Source of the DNA: Candidatus Poribacteria bacterium
GTDB lineage: Bacteria; Poribacteria; WGA-4E; WGA-3G
NCBI GenBank assembly: GCA_965205025.1
Contig: CBDBFU010000012.1
Coordinates: 288,001 to 352,000, forward strand
DNA: 64,000 nucleotides
Direction: 5' to 3'
The position numbers were made by a program, and so were the translations under genes. This document shows, one piece after another, positions 1-9,406 of the stretch (position 1 is the stretch's first letter; each line of letters opens with the position of its first letter). Below the pieces are notes generated by a model. The model made no database searches, was not told the origin of the DNA, and was given only the letters and a program-made list of their open reading frames with translations.

Positions 1-1713
1 ACGGGACGGTTTACCGATACAAGCTCAATAATTAATGTAAACCCTCCCTTAGATAACGGTATTTCTGGATTAGTAGCGGATTTTGACAACGATGGGGATT
101 TAGATCTATTTTATTTATCAGAAAATGGAAAATTACGTGCTTTAAAAAATAACGGAGGAAATCAGAATAACTGGTTACAGGTAAAGTTAGAGGGAATTAC
201 AACTGGGAACAATAAAGTCAACAGGGATGGAATAGGTTCAAAACTTGAAGTGAAGGTACGAGATTTATATCAACTGCAGTATGTTTCTCAACAGATTTCT
301 CACTTTGGTTTAGGTTCGTTTGATGGTGCAGATGTGGTACGGGTTGTGTGGACTAATGGTGTACCGCAGAATGTGATTGAACCGAAAGCAAAGCAACGAA
401 TTATGGAGAAACAGATATTAAAAGGCTCATGTCCATTCTTATATGTCTATGACGGAGAAAAATACCAATTTGTTACAGATCTCTTATGGCGTGCACCCCT
501 TGGACTTGTTACTTCAATGGGGTTTGTCGCACCAGATGAAACAAGGGATTTCATCAAAATATCTGCTTCACAAATTCAACCAAAATCTGGAAGATATTCT
601 ATTCAAATTACAGAAGAATTATGGGAAACAGCATATTTTGATATGGTGAAATTGATTGCTGTTGACCATCCAGAAAATACAGACATCTTTGTAAATGAAC
701 AGTATAGACCCCCACCATTTGAAGATTTCAAAATATACACTGTTTCAGATAAGAGATACCCAAAATCTGCTAAAAATCATAAAGGAGATGATTTCTTAGA
801 ACGTCTGAAATACTCAGATTACCAATATGCCTTTGAACATATTCCCGGACTCTATCAAGGTGTTGTAGAAAAGCATGCAATAATCCTTGATCTTGGTGAT
901 ATTCCAGATAATGAATCTGTAATTTTGTATCTCAACGGTTGGATTTTCCCCACGGATACCAGCATAAATATTGCTTTATCTCAGAATCCTGACATTGCTC
1001 CGAATTTTCCCTCTGTGGCTGTAAAAGACAGTGATGGGAAGTGGAAAACTGTCATACCATTGATAGGTATTCCTGCTGGTAAGAACAAGACGATTACTGT
1101 TGATCTGACGGATAAATTCTTGTCAAAAGACAGGAAGGTTCGAATTGAAACAGATATGCAAATATATTGGGATGCTGTATTTTTCACCGTTGGCAACCAA
1201 GATGTTCCAGTGACAATCACAGAATTAAAACCAGATACTGCTGACTTACACTACCGGGGTTTCTCGGAGATGTACCGACCAAATCCACACGCACCGCATT
1301 TATTCGATTATCAAAAGTTTACAACATTGCCACAATGGAGGGATTTAGAAGGATTCTATACGCGTTTTGGGGATGTCAACACACTATTGCAGGAAGTTGA
1401 CGATATGTATGTTATTCTAAATGCTGGAGATGAAATCACAGTTGAATTCGATGCTTCACGACTACCACCTCTAAAACAGGGATGGATCCGAGATTTTATT
1501 CTATATAGTGATGGTTGGGATAAAGACGGGGATATCAATACACTTACATCGCAAACGGTCGGTCCTCTTCCATTCCATAAAATGTCTAAGTATCCTTATC
1601 CAGAATCTGAGAATTATCCAAATGATCCGGCACATTTAAGGTATCAACTTGAATATAACACCCGTCGTGTTACCCATCAACTACCACCCTTGCATAATAG
1701 GACAAAACCATGA
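1..1713 (+). CDS. FG-GAP/VCBS repeat and ASPIC/UnbV domain protein (CRTAC1-like), 5'-truncated by window edge
   Basis: Frame is open from base 1 (TGRFTDTSS...ADFDNDGDLDLF, an FG-GAP-type Ca-binding motif), so the ORF-track start at 250 is internal; HFGLG and GSCPFLY motifs typical of ASPIC/UnbV proteins. Confidence 0.8.
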   Translation, partial: TGRFTDTSSIINVNPPLDNGISGLVADFDNDGDLDLFYLSENGKLRALKNNGGNQNNWLQVKLEGITTGNNKVNRDGIGSKLEVKVRDLYQLQYVSQQISHFGLGSFDGADVVRVVWTNGVPQNVIEPKAKQRIMEKQILKGSCPFLYVYDGEKYQFVTDLLWRAPLGLVTSMGFVAPDETRDFIKISASQIQPKSGRYSIQITEELWETAYFDMVKLIAVDHPENTDIFVNEQYRPPPFEDFKIYTVSDKRYPKSAKNHKGDDFLERLKYSDYQYAFEHIPGLYQGVVEKHAIILDLGDIPDNESVILYLNGWIFPTDTSINIALSQNPDIAPNFPSVAVKDSDGKWKTVIPLIGIPAGKNKTITVDLTDKFLSKDRKVRIETDMQIYWDAVFFTVGNQDVPVTITELKPDTADLHYRGFSEMYRPNPHAPHLFDYQKFTTLPQWRDLEGFYTRFGDVNTLLQEVDDMYVILNAGDEITVEFDASRLPPLKQGWIRDFILYSDGWDKDGDINTLTSQTVGPLPFHKMSKYPYPESENYPNDPAHLRYQLEYNTRRVTHQLPPLHNRTKP

Positions 1714-3794
1714 ATACAAAGAGAATTCTTACTATAGCTATATTGTCGTTAGTCCATACGATATTCCTTGGACATGGGTTAGCTCAGGAATATACTAAAT
1801 GGAATCTACCTTATGGTGCAGTAGCTCGATTTGGAAAGGGTTGGATAAAGAGCATTAGTTATTCCCCTGATGGAACTCGACTGGCAGTTGCGAGTTCTAC
1901 CGGTATCTGGATTTATGATGCTGATATAGGTGCTGAACTTAGGCTACTTGCAGGAAATGAAGGAGGAACAAGCTCAGTAGTATTTTCACCAGATGGAAAA
2001 TTCCTTGCAAGTGGTGGTCATGGCGAAATCTTATTATGGGATGTTGCCACTGGTAAGATCTTGAAAACATATAAAGGACATAAGGGATGGGTTGGAGTTG
2101 GATTTAAAGATGATTCTAAGACACTTATTAGTTTTGATCAAGGTTCAGTCGTATTCTGGGATTTAGCTACAGGTCTTATGAAAAAGGAAATAAAAATTCC
2201 CAAATCAAGAGGTGTTTTTAAATTCTTACGCGTATTAATTGGACGCGATGTTAGTTCATACTATCTATATCTTGATAAAACTGATACTAACGGTATTATT
2301 GTATACGGTTACAATAAAGGAATAGTTCAGTTGAAGGATTTATCAACAGGGAGAAGATTAGTAATGATTGAAGGATATAAAGATCATGTCAATCAGTTGA
2401 CAATTTCTCCAGATGGGAAAATCCTTGCCGTGGATATCTTTAATGCCCCACTAAGTTTATGGGATATCTCTACTGGTCGTAAGATAAAGGTTCTGAGTAG
2501 AAGTGGTTCACTGGGTGGAATATTCTCTTTTTCTAAAGATGGTAAAACCTTTATTTATCAGACTGCATTTCATGGAATTGAGTTATGGGATGTTGAAAGT
2601 GGTACATTACGGACGACAATTGGATCTGATATAAGTAGAATCAGGTCATTAGTATTCTCACCAGATGCAAAATATTTTGTAGGAGGAAGTTCTGATGGAA
2701 CTATTCGAACATGGGATGCTCTTACTGGAGAGGAGGTTAATATTCTTACAACTGGACATATACAGGATCTCAACGTGTTAACATACTCCAAAGATGGAAG
2801 AAAGTTAGCTGGTGGATATATGAATACTGTTCAGTTATGGGATTTGAATACTAATACTCTGATTTCTGGTGGAGCTGAACAGACAGAGGAACTGATTGAT
2901 ATAGAATTTTCAGTAGATAGTAAGACTGTGAACAGTATCGGTAAAGTGAAATTCAGTATAGAACAACGTGGTGAGTTGCGAAAGGAAAGTGTTATAGGTA
3001 AACTCAGTTTATGGGATACATCCAACGGACAAAACCTTTTGATCTCTCCTATAGAGTCAACTAATATAGAAGCCTTACATGGACAAGGTTATGTATCATC
3101 TACAGAGGATATGGATGGAAAATGGATACTAAAAACAATTAGGACATCAGACGGAATTAAGAAGGGTCTTAAGTATCAAAGGAATGGATTGGTAGTATTT
3201 TCTCAAGATAGTTCACTGCTTGCAGTCCCTCGAAATTCATTCAAAGTTCCTAAAGACGATAAATTTAGTGTTGTAATATGGGATGTTCGGGGCAGAAAGA
3301 TTTTATACAAACTTAAGGGTCATCGAAAGGAGATCACAGCATTAGTATTCTCTCCTGATGGGAATATTATCGCAAGTGGAAGTAAAGATAGAATGATTCG
3401 ACTATGGGAGACTAACACGGGGGAACAGATCCAAACAATATCTTCAGGATTGAATACTGCTCTGGTATTTTCTCCAGATGGTAAGAGAATTGCTAATGTT
3501 GAAAACAAGAATCATATACATATACGGGATGTTTTTTCAGGTCGTAAAGTAGTCGCACTAAAAGGAAAAATTGGTGAGTGTTATGCTTTGGCATATTCTC
3601 AAGATGGAAAGTTTTTAGCAAGTGGAAGTCATGATGGGACAGTTATGCTATGGGATGTGAAGACAGGTCGTGAACTTAGGAAGTTCATAGGACATGACAA
3701 TTGGATTAGGACAGTAGAATTTTCTCCTGATAGTAAGACTCTTGCAAGTGGAAGCCAAGATGGCGTTATATTCATTTGGAACATTTATAATTAA
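1710..3794 (+). CDS. Secreted WD40-repeat beta-propeller protein
   Basis: Signal peptide, N-terminal WNLPYGAVARFGKG motif, many FSPDG...LASGS.DG...LWD repeats; 4-bp overlap with upstream gene. Confidence 0.9.
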   Translation: MNTKRILTIAILSLVHTIFLGHGLAQEYTKWNLPYGAVARFGKGWIKSISYSPDGTRLAVASSTGIWIYDADIGAELRLLAGNEGGTSSVVFSPDGKFLASGGHGEILLWDVATGKILKTYKGHKGWVGVGFKDDSKTLISFDQGSVVFWDLATGLMKKEIKIPKSRGVFKFLRVLIGRDVSSYYLYLDKTDTNGIIVYGYNKGIVQLKDLSTGRRLVMIEGYKDHVNQLTISPDGKILAVDIFNAPLSLWDISTGRKIKVLSRSGSLGGIFSFSKDGKTFIYQTAFHGIELWDVESGTLRTTIGSDISRIRSLVFSPDAKYFVGGSSDGTIRTWDALTGEEVNILTTGHIQDLNVLTYSKDGRKLAGGYMNTVQLWDLNTNTLISGGAEQTEELIDIEFSVDSKTVNSIGKVKFSIEQRGELRKESVIGKLSLWDTSNGQNLLISPIESTNIEALHGQGYVSSTEDMDGKWILKTIRTSDGIKKGLKYQRNGLVVFSQDSSLLAVPRNSFKVPKDDKFSVVIWDVRGRKILYKLKGHRKEITALVFSPDGNIIASGSKDRMIRLWETNTGEQIQTISSGLNTALVFSPDGKRIANVENKNHIHIRDVFSGRKVVALKGKIGECYALAYSQDGKFLASGSHDGTVMLWDVKTGRELRKFIGHDNWIRTVEFSPDSKTLASGSQDGVIFIWNIYN

Positions 3795-3867
3795 TGATTC
3801 TCCCATTTAAGGAATATAGCCTTGCAAATTGTATCACTACAATTTATATATCAATCTGTAAATAATA

Positions 3868-5166
3868 TTATTCTTGTAAAGTTTCGTTTTTCACATGAGA
3901 TTCAACCCATCGTAATGGGATATAAAGGCATACGATAGCAATAAAAAGTATTCCAGCTAATATTACATAGGAATAAGCACCCCCACCATACAACCATCCG
4001 CCGAAAACCATATTAAATGTCCATTTAATTAAATCTGGATGGGCTGACCTTTCATATAACCACCCACCCAGGAGTGGTCCTAAGATTCGTCCTAAGCTTA
4101 TTTCATATAACCACCCACTCAAGAGTGGTCCTAAGATTCGTCCTAAGCTTAGAAATGTGTCCATAATTCCAATCGCTGTGCCTTGTCCCATCTGAGTCTG
4201 CTTTGAAATCCAAGATGTATTAGTAGGTCGGATGAGTTGATTTCCAATTGCTGTAATTGTTAAAAATATGGTCAAGGTCATAAAGGAGGTTGCATTCAAA
4301 AACAGAACCATTCCAAGAACATTCAAAAATAACCCTACAAGGATTATACGACGTTCACCGAATATATTGATTAACCTCCCCAATAATCCACCCTGGATGG
4401 GTACTACAATTACCCCCATGATCATAAACATCCATCCCATCTCTTTTTGCTTAAAACCCCATCCTCCCTCTATAAATAGAGGGAATGTTGCTTCTAAACC
4501 TGAGAAACTAAAGGTCGTAAAAAACGCTACAAGGAATAACGGTATCAAAGAGATATTACTAATTGTGCGACGCACTGCTTCTTGGGGTGAAATCCAATCG
4601 TGTGATTCCGTTTCTGAATCTTTCTGAAGGGACTCCGGAAGCACTACAAGGACGAAAAAGAAAGTTACAAGAGATAATCCGCCAGCAATAAAAAATGGTA
4701 GATCATGCCGTCCCATCACTCCACCGATAGCCGGTCCGAGAATGAAACCGAGTCCCATTGCTGCGCCCATCAGCCCCATACCTTTACCGCGTTCCTCCGA
4801 TGTAGTTACATCTGCAACATAAGCCATAACGGTTGGCAAGACTGCTGCGGAAGCAATGCCTGCGGCACTACGTGCAACGAAAAGCCACATGTAGTCTTTA
4901 GCGAGTCCAAAGGCTACCAATGCAACAGCATTTCCAAGTAGTCCGAGTAAAATAGCGGGTTTTCTGCCATAGATGTCAGAGAGTTTACCCCATATAGGCG
5001 CAAACACCAGTTGCATACCAGAATAGACAGATAATAAAATAGCAATTTGTGTGGGAGTTGCACCGATTTCTTCTGCGTAATAGGCAAGATTTGGAATGAT
5101 GATTCCAAACCCTAACATCACAAAAAAAAGGGTTAGGAACAGGAGAAGAAGTCTCGATTTATGCAT
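3868..5166 (-). CDS. MFS transporter, TetA/DHA1-like
   Basis: Motif A GKLSDIYGRKP, motif C GFILGPAIGG, about 12 hydrophobic segments. Confidence 0.9.
   Translation of the reverse strand: MHKSRLLLLFLTLFFVMLGFGIIIPNLAYYAEEIGATPTQIAILLSVYSGMQLVFAPIWGKLSDIYGRKPAILLGLLGNAVALVAFGLAKDYMWLFVARSAAGIASAAVLPTVMAYVADVTTSEERGKGMGLMGAAMGLGFILGPAIGGVMGRHDLPFFIAGGLSLVTFFFVLVVLPESLQKDSETESHDWISPQEAVRRTISNISLIPLFLVAFFTTFSFSGLEATFPLFIEGGWGFKQKEMGWMFMIMGVIVVPIQGGLLGRLINIFGERRIILVGLFLNVLGMVLFLNATSFMTLTIFLTITAIGNQLIRPTNTSWISKQTQMGQGTAIGIMDTFLSLGRILGPLLSGWLYEISLGRILGPLLGGWLYERSAHPDLIKWTFNMVFGGWLYGGGAYSYVILAGILFIAIVCLYIPLRWVESHVKNETLQE
4050..4151. repeat. 51-bp in-frame tandem duplication inside the MFS gene
   Basis: 4050-4100 and 4101-4151 differ at only 2 positions; SLGRILGPLL(S/G)GWLYE appears twice. 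Confidence 0.95.
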
Positions 5167-5397
5167 TCGTTGATTCTAAAAACGGATTCGGACCAATTCA
5201 AAATCCGCAAGTTGGAGGTAAGGACAAGTATAGCAAGGGAAAGGAGATCTGTCAATCATATAGGTACAGACATCCAAGGATATTCGGGTTAAAATAATAG
5301 GGTGTGGTCTTAGACTATTTTAGCACGGTATGTTCATTTTACTGTGGAATTCAATTCCGTCAATCCACTGTTTGAAGGAATCTTCTCAACCATAAAT

Positions 5398-5431
5398 AAA
5401 CCCACTGCCAATACATATCAACAGTGGGTTT
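5398..5431 (-). terminator. Hairpin/terminator downstream of the aldehyde dehydrogenase gene
   Basis: AAACCCACTG...CAGTGGGTTT inverted repeat about 25 bp after the stop. Confidence 0.55.
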
Positions 5432-5455
5432 AAATTATCCAAATGTCCAATAACT

Positions 5456-6874
5456 TTAAGTGTCTAAATGGAAGATAGCCATTTTCAACTCTGTCATCTC
5501 TTCAATGGCATATTTCGGACCTTCTTTACCCATACCACTCTCTTTAACGCCACCATACGGCATCAGATCAGCACGCCATTGTGTGCCCCAGTTTACCATG
5601 AGATTTCCTGATTCTACCTCACGGACAAATCGCATTGCCCAATCAACATTCTGAGTAAATATAGCAGCACTCAACCCGTAATTTGTATCATTAGCAAGTG
5701 CAATCGCTTCGTCGATATCGTTCACACGGGTAACACCAACAGCCGGACCAAAAACTTCATCACAAGAGATTTTCATTTCAGGTTTTACATTTGCCAAAAT
5801 GGCTGGTGTGACAAACTGATCCTGCTTTTCGCCACCAGTAAGGAGTTCTGCTCCATCCGATACTGCTTCTTGTATCCATTCTGTGACACGTGTAGCATCA
5901 TTATCTCGAATCATCGGTCCCATACGAACCCCAGATTCCAACGGATTCCCAATTCCAATCTGAGAGACTTCTTCTTGGAATGCATCTAAGAAATCACCAT
6001 AGATTTTCTCATGAGCAATGACCCGTTGTGTTGAGATACACACTTGTCCTGCATTAGAATATCCAGACGCTGCGGCAGCACGAGCAACCTTTTCCGGATC
6101 AGCATCAGGCATAACAATTAGGGGGGAATTTGAACCGAGTTCCATCGTAACACGTTTTAAACCTGCAACTTTACAGATATGTTCCCCAACGTCTCGACTT
6201 CCGGTAAAGGTGATCTTACGTACACGACGATCAGCACAAAGTGTATCGCCAATTTCCCCGCCGGGACCAGTAACACATTGGATCGCTTCTGGTGGTGTAC
6301 CTGCTTCTAAAAAGAGTTCCACTAATTTCAGAGCAGAGAGGGGTGTATCTGTAGCAGGTTTGATAATGATAGCATTGCCACCTGCAATAGCCGGACCGGC
6401 TTTATGACAGACAAGGTGAAGGGGAAAATTGAAAGGACTAATCCCTGCTACTATTCCGCAAGGTACGCGTACTGTAAAACCCAGTTTATTCTTCACACCC
6501 GGGGCACCTTCAAGAGGTATTGTCTCACCCGTTAACCGCTTTGCTTCCTCCGCAGAGAGAGCAATAATCTCAGAAGCACGAGTTGCTTCTATGGTTGCCT
6601 CAGCCAATATCTTACCTTCTTCTCGTGTAATTACTTCGGCAAGTTCATCAGCTTTTTCAACCATCAGATCTGCGACTTTACGCAATATTTCATACCGTTC
6701 ATAACCTGTCATCCCAGCCATGATTTTAGCGCCACGTTCTGCGGTTTGAATAGCTGTTTCGACGTCGGTAGCATCCCCTCTTGGAACGGTATCAACAACT
6801 GATCCATCAAAGGGACTGAGAACATCAATTTTGTCTGATTTATCTACCCATTCACCACCTAAATGCATTTGCAT
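5456..6874 (-). CDS. NAD(P)-dependent aldehyde dehydrogenase
   Basis: PFNFP, KPA, FTGS, MELGSN, GQVCIS (catalytic Cys), EVFGP and PYGGVKESG motifs. Confidence 0.95.
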   Translation of the reverse strand: MQMHLGGEWVDKSDKIDVLSPFDGSVVDTVPRGDATDVETAIQTAERGAKIMAGMTGYERYEILRKVADLMVEKADELAEVITREEGKILAEATIEATRASEIIALSAEEAKRLTGETIPLEGAPGVKNKLGFTVRVPCGIVAGISPFNFPLHLVCHKAGPAIAGGNAIIIKPATDTPLSALKLVELFLEAGTPPEAIQCVTGPGGEIGDTLCADRRVRKITFTGSRDVGEHICKVAGLKRVTMELGSNSPLIVMPDADPEKVARAAAASGYSNAGQVCISTQRVIAHEKIYGDFLDAFQEEVSQIGIGNPLESGVRMGPMIRDNDATRVTEWIQEAVSDGAELLTGGEKQDQFVTPAILANVKPEMKISCDEVFGPAVGVTRVNDIDEAIALANDTNYGLSAAIFTQNVDWAMRFVREVESGNLMVNWGTQWRADLMPYGGVKESGMGKEGPKYAIEEMTELKMAIFHLDT

Positions 6875-6922
6875 AGTGCGTATTTCTCCATTATTTCAGC
6901 ATATAGTGTAATTGCTGATATA

Positions 6923-7693
6923 TTATTTTGTACTTTTCAAGATACCCCATGTTATTGTTGCTTTCCCAGATGCCTCAACTGCAGCATATTCAGCTAATCC
7001 TGTTTTCATCACGTCATTAAGTTCTTTTTCTGTAAGTGCTTCTTTAAAGAAACCTACTTCATCAAACAGTCCCGTTGCTGCAACATCTCCTGGACGTGCC
7101 CCGATCCAAATTGGTGATACGTTCTGAATTAATTTACCATTACTCGGTTTTTCTCCATCCAATTTGCCATCAATATACATCTGAACTTTTTTACCATCGT
7201 ATATTTTAGCTATATGATGCCAAGATCCGTCAGCAATGATAGTCTTGCCGTCTATCCGTCCCTTTCCTTGTGCTGCATTCCACATAAAAACTGGATAGTC
7301 CGCATCATGAATCCAAATATCCAGATGTCTAAGTTCTTCAGGCTCGGGCCATTTATCTCCATTACGCCAAACGATGTATTGCCAAGATGCAGCATTCAAT
7401 TTTACCCAAGCAACAAAGGAGTATGGATCCGCATTGAACACATCGTCATGGTCAATACGGACATAGCTATCACCCTTTCCAGGGAATTGCAAAGCCTTGC
7501 CCATTTTACCATCCGCCACCCATTTTAATGTTCCCTTGACTTCCCCATCGTGACCACTGACAATATCTTTAACAACATTTCCACCATTTTCTTCAAATAA
7601 CCAAGCACTTATCAACCCTTTTTTGGCTGCATGTGCAGAAAAGGAAGTACTGATTATGACCAGTGTTATGTATAGGATAGTTTTCCTAATCAT
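6923..7693 (-). CDS. Secreted LamG-like jellyroll (concanavalin A-like) protein
   Basis: Signal peptide; WHHIA...YIDGK...GLFDEV LamG_3 motifs; C-terminal AVEASGKATITWGILK tail. Confidence 0.85.
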   Translation of the reverse strand: MIRKTILYITLVIISTSFSAHAAKKGLISAWLFEENGGNVVKDIVSGHDGEVKGTLKWVADGKMGKALQFPGKGDSYVRIDHDDVFNADPYSFVAWVKLNAASWQYIVWRNGDKWPEPEELRHLDIWIHDADYPVFMWNAAQGKGRIDGKTIIADGSWHHIAKIYDGKKVQMYIDGKLDGEKPSNGKLIQNVSPIWIGARPGDVAATGLFDEVGFFKEALTEKELNDVMKTGLAEYAAVEASGKATITWGILKSTK

Positions 7694-7772
7694 ATTTTTC
7701 CTCCTAACTATTACAACACAATATTAAGTTTAGATATCAACTCATATATACTTGTTTTAAGTGAGTTATTAA

Positions 7773-8777
7773 CTATTCACGACAATTATCAATCGCATCC
7801 TCGTCCAATTCTACACCTAAACCGGGTTTATCAGAAATAGTTGCATACCCTTCTTCGAGTGGTATCGTTGAGGGGGTGACAATATCAAAAGCACGTAATG
7901 CATTTAACGTAATAGAAGGCATTGTTGCATTTGGGATTACAGCAGTAAGATGCATTACATAGGCAGTTGTGATTCCTAACCCAACAATTTGTATCCACAC
8001 TGGTAGATGTGCAGCATGTGAAATCGTTCCTTCACGGATAGCATTTGCAGCACGTGAATCAGGATAGGCAATTATAAATGAATCGTTCATTCTTGCACGA
8101 ATAGCTTCAACCGGATCAGGATTACCGAAGTGTATTGTTATCGGCATATCTGTCTGTGCCTTGATTTCTTGGTATCCTTCTATATTGGATTGTGGAATTG
8201 GGGTTTCAAAGGATTCAATATTAAAATCTTTTAACTGCCTTGCTACTTCAAGTGTGCTTTCAGCTGTTTCAAAAGAGTCATTAGCATCAACGCGTAGTTG
8301 AAAATCATCTGGTACTACATCTGATATGGCTTGAACCTGTTCAAGGACTTCGAACCATGGACGTGCTTTGATTTTATGGAGTCTATAGCCGAGTTGATAT
8401 GCATGTTGCGCCTCAGCAGCCCACTCTTCAGGAGTCATGTCAATAGACCAATATCCAAACGATGCTTTGTCATTGTGTTTTTCACCTAATAGTTGGTGTA
8501 CTGGAACACCAAGAGACTTCCCCATGATGTCATAAAACGCTTGCTGGAGTGGTGTTGGTGACCATCCATTCATATAATCAAACGGATTCTTACCAATATA
8601 TCGCTGAATCGTTTCATCCGATTGGAATGAACCGTCTCCTATCCCAATAATGCCTTCATCTGTATGTACTTTGTAAACATGATCGATCTGGTAAAGATTA
8701 CGACTCGTCATCAAATCATATATACCATCATGATAAGGTACTCTAACCCGGATAACCTCAATTTGGGTAATTTTCAT
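7773..8777 (-). CDS. Mandelate racemase/muconate lactonizing enzyme family enolase
   Basis: KIK motif, RVDAN, ETP metal ligands, C-terminal PGLGVELD. Confidence 0.85.
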   Translation of the reverse strand: MKITQIEVIRVRVPYHDGIYDLMTSRNLYQIDHVYKVHTDEGIIGIGDGSFQSDETIQRYIGKNPFDYMNGWSPTPLQQAFYDIMGKSLGVPVHQLLGEKHNDKASFGYWSIDMTPEEWAAEAQHAYQLGYRLHKIKARPWFEVLEQVQAISDVVPDDFQLRVDANDSFETAESTLEVARQLKDFNIESFETPIPQSNIEGYQEIKAQTDMPITIHFGNPDPVEAIRARMNDSFIIAYPDSRAANAIREGTISHAAHLPVWIQIVGLGITTAYVMHLTAVIPNATMPSITLNALRAFDIVTPSTIPLEEGYATISDKPGLGVELDEDAIDNCRE

Positions 8778-8854
8778 GATTCTTACTCCCTTTATCTGAG
8801 AAACGATCTTTGTTTAAACTTATACACAAAACGTATATAGAGTGTCATCAAGTG

Positions 8855-9307
8855 TTATTCATCTCGTCGAATCCAACTGACGACATCTTCCGCTTCACCT
8901 GTTCCACCTTCTAAGCCATCACTACCAAAAGAAATAAGGTCATACCCATATTGATCATGTATTCCAGGACGAACATATATGTACTGGTTACCCCACGGGT
9001 CTGTTGTAATAGGAATTTGTATGTATGGACCTAACCAATTTATGGGGAGCGGTGGTTCTTCGGGCTGTTCCCAAAGTGCTTTTAACCCTTGTTCTGTTGA
9101 AGGATAATCACCATTGTCTTTTGCATACCTATCAAGTGCGATACCAAGTGTTTCAATATCTTCAGCTGCCCGCGTTTGTAAGGCACGCCCTGCTTGTCCA
9201 AGTAATCGAGGTGCAAATATCACTGCAGCAACAACTGCAAGGACAACAACGACAATTAAAATCTGTACGAGTGTTAACCCAGATTGTTTTCGATTAGTTT
9301 GTATCAC
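8855..9307 (-). CDS. gspG: Type II secretion system major pseudopilin GspG
   Basis: Prepilin motif QSG/LTLVQ plus hydrophobic helix; YPSTEQGLKAL, WLGPY, DPWGNQY, S.GSDG..GG.GE..D motifs. Confidence 0.85.
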   Translation of the reverse strand: MIQTNRKQSGLTLVQILIVVVVLAVVAAVIFAPRLLGQAGRALQTRAAEDIETLGIALDRYAKDNGDYPSTEQGLKALWEQPEEPPLPINWLGPYIQIPITTDPWGNQYIYVRPGIHDQYGYDLISFGSDGLEGGTGEAEDVVSWIRRDE

Positions 9308-9361
9308 GTATGCGTCTCCACGCTTTTTTATTCTTGAATTTACTGAAAAATTCTCTGGATA

Positions 9362-9390
9362 AGTCTATCATATAGGATTGATTCTGTCAA
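9362..9390 (-). promoter_or_regulatory. sigma70-type promoter for gspG
   Basis: Minus strand TTGACA-N17-TAGACT with extended -10 TG. Confidence 0.55.
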
Positions 9391-9406
9391 CGTCATTGTT
9401 CCGTGA

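Noticed and set aside
5300-5335. GTGTGGTCTTAGAC as a solo IS3 end
   Set aside because: Similarity to 27734-27745 is too short and there is no transposase remnant
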